Below, one piece after another: positions 42,999 through 54,900 of a stretch of DNA of 64,000 nucleotides. The position numbers and the translations under genes are program-made. Source of the stretch: Cyanophora paradoxa CCMP329 (lineage: Eukaryota; Plantae; Glaucophyta); the NCBI GenBank assembly GCA_004431415.1, contig QPMI01000414.1, forward strand, positions 1-64,000. The letters are read 5' to 3'. The notes under the pieces are model-generated. The model saw only the letters and a list, made by a program, of their open reading frames with translations, was not told where the DNA came from and ran no database searches. The stretch's first letter is position 1. Every line of letters starts with the position of its first letter.

Positions 42999-45900
42999 AT
43001 GAATATGCATATGCATTGCTTCAAATTTCGGAGGAGGCATGATGACCTCAGGCGCCCTACACACACCGGGATCAGCGCTTCGCGATCAACTCCTCGCACC
43101 GCGATCACTGCTGCACTTCTTCTCGGTAGCTGTGTCATGTTGGCCTTCAAACTAGGTTTCGCCTGCGCACGTGAGACGAGCGTTTCCTCGCAGGGCTTGC
43201 GATCGTGTCGGCTGCGCTCGACAGCAGCGTTCTCATCTCAACCGTCGGACACAATGATGAGGTCTGGCAAGTTGTCTACGCGCCCGACGGATCGTATGTG
43301 GCATCGGCGAGCCAGGACGGCTCGATGCGGTTGTGGGACACTGCAACCGGCGCACAGCTGCGGGTTCTCGTGCCGCACGCCCCCAGGACAGGGCAAGGGC
43401 CTCAGTCGATGGTCGTTGCTCCTGACGGGAATTTCATTGTTACCTGCACGAGAGGCACGCGTGTGAACTTCTGGTCAACCAACGGCACTTTGCTCCACGT
43501 TCTGAAATTCGAGGCCCTCGATCGAAACTGGGAGGCGGCAGCTCCGAATATCCGCGGCGACCCTACGCTGTCGCGGGGATGCAAATTGGACATATCGCCG
43601 GATGGCCAGCGCATCGTCATGCTCTCGCATTGGATTCTGGACACGAAAACTGTGTATGATTTTCGTGTGTTCGCTCCGTTCAACCAGACCATTCAGTGCT
43701 TCTACACGACAAACGACGTGACATCCCGCCCTGTTGGAAAAATTAACAAATTTGAATTCGGCGACTCTAAACGCCCACTAATATCTCCGGACGGTGCGCA
43801 TGCCTCGTAATTAGGCATTTTTATTTTGAACGATTAGCTAGGTTGCACACGTACTTACGTATACGTATGCGCAGGCAATTACTTTCTGTGGTTATGGGGG
43901 CCGAATGACCAGTACAGTTACTTTTCGTACATGCAGCTCTGGAAGATGGGCGATTGCAACGAGCACTGCAGGATCAGCGATCGAACCGGAGACATAACTG
44001 CCGCGAACGTGCGCTTCGCGATGTCTCCCTCGGAGGATTTTTTCGTCGTAGCAACGACCTCATACGAGTACTTTTCGGGGCACCTGACTTTCTTCTCGTC
44101 GACGAACTGCTCGCTGCTTCGAAGATTCGCGTTTCCGACAGCGGAATGCGTCATTCAGGACATCACCATCCGGTGGATGCAGCTGCAGTCAATATCGTAT
44201 GAAGGGCTCGTCGTCGTCGTGGCCTGCTCCGCCCAAGTCCGCTTGATAAATCCGGCCAATGGAACAGAGCTCGGGCGCTTCAGCGTCGCTCAGCTCGGAG
44301 GATATAATTTGCGATCGGTGGCCGTCTCGCCCCTCGGCGACCGTATCGCGACAGCTTCGGGAGACAAGTACGCTCGCATCCACAGCCCGACTGGAAGCCT
44401 CGTTCACAGCCTAGGGACCGTTCGCCGTTACGCCAACACGCCAAACAACATTGAATTGAGGCCCCGGCTGATGCCGCTTTCAAACCTGATCTATTCCATT
44501 GTCAGTGATTTCGAAATCCACTTCTGGACAGCGGACAACGGGACTCTCGTGCGGGTATTCGACACGAACCCTTGGCGGGTGTACCAAGCGGTCGTCTCGC
44601 CGAACGAGAAGTTCATTGTAGCAACCACGGGGACGAACAGCGGCTTAGAAGGGCGCGTGCACTGCTTCAATTTGACCAGTGACGGACCACGGGCCGGTCC
44701 GCTCGAGCACGGCTCACCCATTCGCTCACTGGAGATGTCTCCAGGTGCGCATTTGCACCGATAAAACCGCATGTGCCAGCCGCAGATAGCCATAGAACTA
44801 TTCTTGGTGGTTGCGTTCGATTCCCGGTCCCGAGTATTTATTCTCGACTATCCGCAGACGGCCAAGTATTCGCAACTGGTTATGGAGGGGGCCTAACGAG
44901 GATCTATTCCTCTCAGAATTGCAGCCTTCTACGCACCCTGCAATCTTCGTCCATCACTGAGAGCGTCATTTCCGTCTCATTCACGCCGGACAGCAGGTCT
45001 AGTGATTATAGGATATTCCATATATAAATCGAGAATTCGAAGTGATGTTTCCGAGCTGACCATCTATTCTGGCTGGCGACCAGGTACGTCGCGGCGGTCA
45101 GTACGAGAATCTTATTGTATGAGGTCAGCAGCGGGTCCGTCATTGGTACATACTGGGACGCCAGCATCGACCGGGGACATGGATATGCCTCGACCTCGGC
45201 ACAAAGGCTCGCCGCGTTCTCATTGGACGGCAGCCGCATGTTCTCCACGTCGTTTACCGGTTATTGGCTGGCGGAGTGGCCGATTCCCACTGGCGGTATT
45301 ACTCGTTTTCTGCCCACTGTTATTACGTATAATTCCGAAGATGGCATCGCGAATTTCTTGTCCACTACTTCCGATGGCACCTACCTCCTCGTCAGCTTCT
45401 CTCAGCGTGTTCAGCTGCAGCTCGCTAGAACCGACGACTTCCCAAGAAGGTTCCATCCCACTCCCGATTACAATTACCTCGGCCAAAACTGGAAGGAGGG
45501 CATGCTGCTCGATGTTGTGTTCGAATCTCCGGGGTACCAGGCGTTCTTCTATCAAGATGTAATTATATTCGGAGCTCGAGGAGGGGTGGTCTGCCGAACT
45601 GCATCATACAGTAAGCCGCACATTATCTTGCACATAAAACTAGTATCTTGCGGACAACACAATCTCATATTGGTGTCTTATTAGGTCGGTTCGTCGAGTC
45701 TCTTGGGAATTTGACTGTAGCAGCCGTGTCGACAACTTCAGTGAACATGGGAGCTCTGAACTGGACCCTTTCGGCAAAGGGGCTCGCAAGCACGCCCGCC
45801 TTCTCTGGCTTGACCATCACCTGCGCTACCGACATGTTCGGAGTGACCCGCGCTGCGACTGCGTTGCCCCGCGCCGGGTCCACCTCGGCTTCGAACGTCA

Positions 45901-48900
45901 CGGTCTCCGATCTGCCCGAAGCGGCCTTGTCGTACAATATCACATGCAGCGCCATGCTCTCGTATCTGAACGGACGTCCGTCTACGGACCCTTTCACAGT
46001 TCAATCAATAGCGGGTGCGTTGAAATTTGAAGAGAATTCAAGTCTGATGCTAGGCGAAAACTGCTCATGAGATTCGTCCCTCCGTTTCTCGCGCAGCTCG
46101 AGCGGTCACCTTTATGAGCTCGTTCACGTTGCGATCTGTTCCCGGGAATTTGGCACAGCTGCAGACCTCTTCGTTCGAGTGGAAGCTCTCCGAGGAAGGG
46201 GCGAAGGGGTCCCCTACCTACCGCAACCTAACAGTCTCCTGCGTGGACGGCGCGACAGGCGCCGTAGTCACGAGGGTTCTCGCCTCGATAGCCACCGGCT
46301 CGAACGCAACCGCCGGCACCCTCATCTCGGGCCTGCAGGACACGCAGACTTTCAACGCGTTGTGTACAGCAACTCTCCACTATTCGTATGCAGGGTCAGC
46401 ATCGATAACATCGTATTACGTCGGTGCGTTTGGAGCTATCTCGCAATATTTATGTAGATCTGCAAGTGCTGACATATATATAAATGTGCGCGCAGCTCCA
46501 GATAAAAACGTGACGGCGCTGGACGCGTTTGCTGTCTTTCCGGCGGGCGCAGACTCCGTTGAGACGTCCGAGATCACATGGGGCCTTAGCGCTCGCGGCC
46601 TCGCGGGCACGCCGGCCTACTCGAACGTCACTGCCGTCTGCACGGCGCTGGGTGGCGCCGTAGTTCGAACGGCGGCAAACCAATCGGTGCCGACGGGGGC
46701 GAACTCTGTCACCGGCCTAGTGGTGGGCAATCTTCCGCTCACTGAAGAGAACAGCGTAACCTGCACCGTCATGGTCTACTTGCTGAACGCTAATGCGACT
46801 CCATTCTCAATCACGAGGACGGCCACTTACTGGGGTGAGCTGGCGTATTCAGACCCCAGCTTACATTTAGCAGCAGATTGGAACCCGATCTCCGAGCTCT
46901 CGCGCTCCTCTAATCTGCTTTAATTTCCGCAGCGCCTGAGAGGAACATTACAGCCGTCGACCCCTTCTCTGTCGCTACGACCTCTTCGGTGTCCCTTCAG
47001 ACGTCCGACTTCAGCTGGCAGCTGACCCCCGTCGGGGAAGCCGGCACTCCGAGGAGGATCCGCTTGCAACTCAGCTGCGACCTCGCCGGAGCGGGTCTCC
47101 AGACGACCCGCACGGTCTCCAACGCGTCCATTCCAGACGGGGCGACATTCGCGCCGGGCCTCATTATTTCGAATCTCCCCGAAGCTGCATCCACCTACAC
47201 AATAACGTGCAATGCAAGCTTATTCTTCGCGAACGGAGAAATCTCCCAGAGCGCAATCGCACCAATTCAGTCTTATGCATGTGAGAGCCTGTTCAGCTTC
47301 TTATATATAATGTCTATCTAAAACTACAGGGCTCGCTCACGCTCTGTGCAGCCAAGGAAGTGACTGCCTTGCGCTTCTCTGTGCGAAATATTGCAGGAAA
47401 CTTGACGTCGATAGCTTTGACGCCATTTGAATGGGATCTATCCGCTTCGGGAACCGCAGGGACCCCCTGGTACGCGAACATAACAGCGCGATGCACGAGC
47501 AACAGGAATGGCGTTCTCATCACCTCGACCGCCAAGATCGAACCGATCACTGCGGGCTCTACAGGGCTGAGCAGCGTGATCGTCAGCGGGCTTCCAGACA
47601 CGTCTGCGTACAACACGACTTGCACGGCGACTCTCTATTACTCATTCGGACTGGTTTCGAACACTTCCGATTATCCATGTGCGGTCACGATAAGCATTTC
47701 ACGTTGTTCAATCACCCTGTTCGAGCTTGAGCGCTAACGTATGTGTTTGCATTGCAGCGGCGACCGTGCTAAGCATCGAGGACCCCGTCATCAGCAATCG
47801 CGTCAATACGACGACGGACCTGACGCTCTCTGGCCTCCTCCCGCACCTCTCCGACAGCGATCTCAACGTCACGCTCACATCCACGAGCGGCGCGTCCGTC
47901 CGCATCGCGAACTTCACCCGCCTCGGTGCGCAGTGTGAGCTGCAGTTTAGTCGGCCGTCTGCCTCAGCGGTTAGGGAGCCGGAGCCGCGATCGCGAGACA
48001 GTTCTGAAGGTCGGAGGGGTTCGTGCAGATGTCGGGACGATCCGTGTCGATATCGCCACGGTTGGCGCCGCGCCTGGAACGTACGATCTGGCTGTGGGGT
48101 CGGCCGTCCAGCCACAGGCACGGGCGCCGATGAAGGTTACGGGGCTGGCGCCGCTGGCCGTCGCTTATGTTCACGACCGCTTGGTCTCGACGGTGGTGAA
48201 CACGACGACGTTTGTGCGGCTCTCGGGCGTGGAGGCGGCCGACGCGCTGCGCAACGCCACCATCCAGCTCGGGCCGTGCCAAATCAGAGACGTGCACCTG
48301 GCGCCGGGCACGAACGACACGGTGGTCTTCACGATCCTCTCCGGGGCGCCCGTCGGCGTGTACCAGCTCAAGGTATGCAGCTCAAAACCAGGTCTCCACA
48401 GCGCATATAATTATAAACGATTATGGAGGCGCTTGCTTTGCGCTGCCAAGACGATCAGGCGATGGACGCTAAGCCGTGCTAACGGTATGCATGTAAATGC
48501 GCAGGTCTTCTCACCTGTGCAGGGCAGCGCGTATCTTACTGGCGCCATTGAGGTCGTCCTGAATGCACGTGCGTCTCTTTTCCAGATGTAGAGCCCGTGG
48601 AGCGTCAGCCGTTGCGAATGCCGGCGCGACTGCGTGCCGACGTGCACGCATGCATATGTGGATATCTGATCGGGGCTGGGCGCGGGGTCTCGCAGCGGCG
48701 ACCGTGCTAAGCATCGAGGACCCCGTCATCAGCAATCGCGTCAACACGACGACGGACGTGACGCTCTCTGGCCTCCTCCCGCACCTCTCCGACAGCGATC
48801 TCAACGTCACGCTCACATCCACGAGCGGCGCGTCCGTCCGCATCGCGAACTTCACCCGCCTCGGTGCGCAGTGTGAGCTGCAGTTTAGTCGGCCGTCTGC

Positions 48901-51900
48901 CTCAGCGGTTAGGGAGCCGGAGCCGCGATCGCGAGACAGTTCTGAAGGTCGGAGGGGTTCGTGCAGATGTCGGGACGATCCGTGTCGATATCGCCACGGT
49001 TGGCGCCGCGCCTGGAACGTACGACCTGGCTGTGGGGTCGGCTGTTCAGCCACAGGCACGGGCGCCAATGAAGGTTACGGGGCTGGCGCCGCTGGCCGTC
49101 GCTTATGTTCACGACCGCTTGGTCTCGACGGTGGTGAACACGACGACGTTTGTGCGGCTCTCGGGCGTGGAGGCGGCCGACGCGCTGCGCAACGCCACCA
49201 TCCAGCTCGGGCCGTGCCAAATCAGAGACGTGCACCTGGCGCCGGGCACGAACGACACGGTGGTCTTCACGATCCTCTCCGGGGCGCCCGTCGGCGTGTA
49301 CCAGCTCAAGGTATGCAGCTCAAAACCAGGTCTCCACAGCGCATATAATTATAAACGATTATGGAGGCGCTTGCTTTGCGCTGCCAAGACGATCAGGCGA
49401 TGGACGCTAAGCCGTGCTAACGGTATGCATGTAAATGCGCAGGTCTTCTCACCTGTGCAGGGCAGCGCGTATCTTACTGGCGCCATTGAGGTCGTCCTGA
49501 ATGCACGTGCGTCTCTTTTCCAGATGTAGAGCCCGTGGAGCGTCAGCCGTTGCGAATGCCGGCGCGACTGCGTGCCGACGTGCACGCATGCATATGTGGA
49601 TATCTGATCGGGGCTGGGCGCGGGGTCTCGCAGCGGCGACCGTGCTAAGCATCGAGGACCCCGTCATCAGCAATCGCGTCAACACGACGACGGACGTGAC
49701 GCTCTCCGGCCTCCTCCCGCACCTCTCCGACAGCGATCTCAGCGTCACGCTCACATCCACGAGCGGCGCGTCCGTCCGCATCGCGAACTTCACCCGTCTC
49801 GGTGCGCAGAGTGAGCTGTAGATACGTCGGCCATCTGCCGCAGCGGTTAGGGAGCCGGAGCCGCGATCGCGAGACAGTTCTGAAGGTCGGAGGGGTTCGT
49901 GCAGATGTCGGGACTATCCGTGTCGATATCGCCACGGTTGGCGCCGCGCCCGGAACGTACGATCTGGCTGTGGGGTCGGCCGTCCAGCCACAGGCACGGG
50001 CGCCGATGAAGGTTACGGGGCTGGCGCCGCTGGCCGTCGCTTATGTTCACGACCCGGTGGTCTCGACGGTGGTGAACACGACGACGTTTGTGCGGCTCTC
50101 GGGCGTGGAGGCGGCCGACGCGCTGCGCAACGCCGCCATCCGGCTCGGGCCGTGCCAAATCAGAGACGTGCACCTGGCGCCGGGCACGAACGACACGGTG
50201 GTCTTCACGATCCTCGCCGGGGCGCCCGCGGGCGTGTACCAGCTGAAGGTCCGCATCCGCCCTGGGGCTGAGCGCGAGAGGCGGGTGAAATGCGCGCGCG
50301 AACGGCTGCTGATGGCGTGCACGTGCATGCGCAGGTCTTCTCTCCAGTGCAGGGCAGCGCGTACCTGTCGCGGGCGATCGAGATCGTCCCGAACGCGCGT
50401 GCGTCGCCCCCTGGGCCGCCCAGCGTTTCGGGCGGAGCAGCGCTTCGATTTCGGCATCGCGCCGGGAGCCTGACCGGGCCGGGGCTGGGCGCGGGGCCTC
50501 GCAGCGGCGACCGTGCTTGGCATCGAGGACCCCGTCATCAGCAATCGCGTCAACACGACGACGGAGGTCACGCTGGCGGGCCTGCTCCCCGTTCTCGCCG
50601 GGCGCGATCTCACTGTCACGCTCACATCTGCGAGCGGCGCGTCCGTCCGCGTCGTGAACGTCACTCGCCTCGGTGCGGTCGCCTTGCGATATATTCGCGA
50701 GCGCATTCCGGCGCGGCGCCCGGTGCCTGAGAAGGCGCGAAAACCGCTTCTGACCATGCACGGGGGCCCGTGCAGACAACGGCACGATCCGCATCGACAT
50801 CGCCGCGGCGGGCGCCACACCAGGAACGTACGACCTGACGGTGGCGTCGGCCCTGCAGCCGAAGGCGCGGCTGCCGGCGTCGCTGAACGTGACGGACCTG
50901 GGGCCGCTGGCGATCGCTTACGTGGAGGACCCGGTGGTCTCGACGGTGGTGAACACGACGACGTTTGTGCGGCTCTCGGGCGTGGAGGCGGCCGACGCGC
51001 TGCGCAACGCCGCCATCCGGCTCGGGCCGTGCCAAATCAGAGACGTGCACCTGGCGCCGGGCACGAACGACACGGTGGTCTTCACGATCCTCGCCGGGGC
51101 GCCCGCGGGCGTGTACCAGCTGAAGGTCCGCATCCGCCCTGGGGCTGAGCGTGAGAAGCGGGGGAAATGCGCGCGCGAACGGCTTCTGACGGCGTGCGCG
51201 TGCATGCGCAGGTCTTCTCTCCAGTGCAGGGCAGCGCGTACCTGTCGCGGGCGATCGAGATCGTCCCGAACGCGCGTGCGTCGCCCCCTGGGCCGCCCAG
51301 CGTTTCGGGCGGAGCAGCGCTTCGATTTCAGCATCGCGCGGGGAGCCTGACCGGGGCTGGGCGCGGGGCCTCGCAGCGGCGACCGTGCTTGGCATCGAGG
51401 ACCCCGTCATCAGCAATCGCGTCAACACGACGACGGAGGTCACGCTGGCGGGCCTGCTCCCCGCTCTCGCCGGGCGCGATCTCACTGTCACGCTCACATC
51501 CGCGAGCGGCGCGTCCATCCGCGTCGTGAACGTCACTCGCCTCGGTGCGGTCGCCTTGCGATATATTCGCAAGGGCGTTCCGGCGCGGCGCCCGGTGCCT
51601 GAGAAGGCGCGAAAACCGCTTCTGACCACGACGGGGGCCCCGTGCAGACAACGGCACGATCCGCATCGACATCGCCGCGGCGGGCGCCACACCAGGAACG
51701 TACGACCTGACGGTGGCGTCGGCCCTGCAGCCGAAGGCGCGGCTGCCGGCGTCGCTGAACGTGACGGACCTGGGGCCGCTGGCGATCGCTTACGTGGAGG
51801 ACCCGGTGGTCTCGACGGTGGTGAACACGACGACGTTTGTGCGGCTCTCGGGCGTGGAGGCGGCCGACGCGCTGCGCAACGCCGCCATCCGGCTCGGGCC

Positions 51901-54900
51901 GTGCCAAATCAGAGACGTGCACCTGGCGCCGGGCACGAACGACACGGTGGTCTTCACGATCCTCGCCGGGGCGCCCGCGGGCGTGTACCAGCTGAAGGTC
52001 CGCATCCGCCCTGGGGCTGAGCGTGAGAAGCGGGGGAAATGCGCGCGCGAACGGCTTCTGACGGCGTGCGCGTGCATGCGCAGGTCTTCTCTCCAGTGCA
52101 GGGCAGCGCGTACCTGTCGCGGGCGATCGAGATCGTCCCGAACGCGCGTGCGTCGCCCCCTGGGCCGCCCATCGTTTCGGGTGGCGCAGCGCTTCGATTT
52201 CAGCATCGCGCGGGGAGCCTGACGGGGCTGGGCGCGGGGCCTCGCAGCGGCGACCGTGCTTGGCATCGAGGACCCGTCATCAGCAATCGCGTCAACACGA
52301 CGACGGAGGTCACGCTGGCGGGCCTGCTCCCGCTCTCGCCGGGCGCGATCTCACTGTCACGCTCACATCCGCGAGCGGCGCGTCCATCCGCGTCGTGAAC
52401 GTCACTCGCCTCGGTGCGGTCGCCTTGCGATATATTCGCAAGGGCGTTCCGGCGCGGCGCCCGGTGCCTGAGAAGGCGCGAAAACCGCTTCTGACCACGA
52501 CGGGGGCCCCGTGCAGACAACGGCACGATCCGCATCGACATCGCCGCGGCGGGCGCCACACCAGGAACGTACGACCTGACGGTGGCGTCGGCCCTGCAGC
52601 CGAAGGCGCGGCTGCCGGCGTCGCTGAACGTGACGGACCTGGGGCCGCTGGCGATCGCTTACGTGGAGGACCCGGTGGTCTCGACGGTGGTGAACACGAC
52701 GACGTTTGTGCGGCTCTCGGGCGTGGAGGCGGCCGACGCGCTGCGCAACGCCGCCATCCGGCTCGGGCCGTGCCAAATCAGAGACGTGCACCTGGCGCCG
52801 GGCACGAACGACACGGTGGTCTTCACGATCCTCGCCGGGGCGCCCGCGGGCGTGTACCAGCTGAAGGTCCGCATCCGCCCTGGGGCTGAGCGTGAGAGGC
52901 GGGTGAAATGCGCGCGCGAACGGCTGCTGACGGGGTGCACGTGCATGCGCAGGTCTTCTCTCCAGTGCAGGGCAGCGCGTACCTGTCGCGGGCGATCGAG
53001 ATCGTCCCGAACGCGCGTGCGTCGCCCCCTGGGCCGCCCAGCGTTCTGGGCGGAGCAGCGCTTCGATTTCGGCATCGCGCGGGGAGCCTGACCGGGCCGG
53101 GGCTGGGCGCGGGGCCTCGCAGCGGCGACCGTGCTTGGCATCGAGGACCCCGTCATCAGCAATCGCGTCAACACGACGACGGAGGTCACGCTGGCGGGCC
53201 TGCTCCCCGCTCTCGCCGGGCGCGATCTCACTGTCACGCTCACATCCGCGAGCGGCGCGTCCATCCGCGTCGTGAACGTCACTCGCCTCGGTGCGGTCGC
53301 CTTGCGATATATTCGCAAGGGCGTTCCGGCGCGGCGCCCGGTGCCTGAGAAGGCGCGAAAACCGCTTCTGACCACGACGGGGGCCCCGTGCAGACAACGG
53401 CACGATCCGCATCGACATCGCCGCGGCGGGCGCCACACCAGGAACGTACGACCTGACGGTGGCGTCGGCCCTGCAGCCGAAGGCGCGGCTGCCGGCGTCG
53501 CTGAACGTGACGGACCTGGGGCCGCTGGCGATCGCTTACGTGGAGGACCCGGTGGTCTCGACGGTGGTGAACACGACGACGTTTGTGCGGCTCTCGGGCG
53601 TGGAGGCGGCCGACGCGCTGCGCAACGCCGCCATCCGGCTCGGGCCGTGCCAAATCAGAGACGTGCACCTGGCGCCGGGCACGAACGACACGGTGGTCTT
53701 CACGATCCTCGCCGGGGCGCCCGCGGCGTGTACCAGCTGAAGGTCCGCATCCGCCTGGGGCTGAGCGTGAGAGGCGGGTGAAATGCGCGCGCGAACGGCT
53801 GCTGACGGGGTGCACGTGCATGCGCAGGTCTTCTCTCCAGTGCAGGGCAGCGCGTACCTGTCGCGGGCGATCGAGATCGTCCCGAACGCGCGTGCGTCGC
53901 CCCCTGGGCCGCCCAGCGTTCTGGGCGGAGCAGCGCTTCGATTTCGGCATCGCGCGGGGAGCCTGACCGGGCCGGGGCTGGGCGCGGGGCCTCGCAGCGG
54001 CGACCGTGCTTGGCATCGAGGACCCCGTCATCAGCAATCGCGTCAACTCGACGACGGAGGTCACGCTGGCGGGCCTGCTCCCCGTTCTCGCCGGGCGCGA
54101 TCTCACTGTCACGCTCACATCTGCGAGCGGCGCGTCCGTCCGCGTCGTGAACGTCACTCGCCTCGGTGCGGCCGCCTCGCAATAAATTCGCGAGCGCATT
54201 CCGGCGCGGCGCCCGGTGCCTGAGAAGGCGCGAAAACCGCTTCTGACCACGACGGGGGCCCCGTGCAGACAACGGCACGATCCGCATCGACATCGCCGCG
54301 GCGGGCGCCACACCAGGAACGTACGACCTGACGGTGGCGTCGGCCCTGCAGCCGAAGGCGCGGCTGCCGGCGTCGCTGAACGTGACGGACCTGGGGCCGC
54401 TGGCGATCGCTTACGTGGAGGACCCGGTGGTCTCGACGGTGGTGAACACGACGACGTTTGTGCGGCTCTCGGGCGTGGAGGCGGCCGACGCGCTGCGCAA
54501 CGCCGCCAACCGGCTCGGGCCGTGCCAAATCAGAGACGTGCACCTGGCGCCGGGCACGAACGACACGGTGGTCTTCACGATCCTCGCCGGGGCGCCCGCG
54601 GGCGTGTACCAGCTGAAGGTCCGCATCCGCCCTGGGGCTGAGCGTGAGAGGCGGGTGAAATGCGCGCACGAACGGCTGCTGACGGCGTGCGCGTGCATGC
54701 GCAGGTCTTCTCTCCAGTGCAGGGCAGCGCGTACCTGTCGCGGGCGATCGAGATCGTCCCGAACGCGCGTGCGTCGCCCCCTGGGCCGCCCATCGTTTCG
54801 GGTGGCGCAGCGCTTCGATTTCAGCATCGCGCGGGGAGCCTGACCGGGGCTGGGCGCGGGGCCTCGCAGCGGCGACCGTGCTTGGCATCGAGGACCCCGT

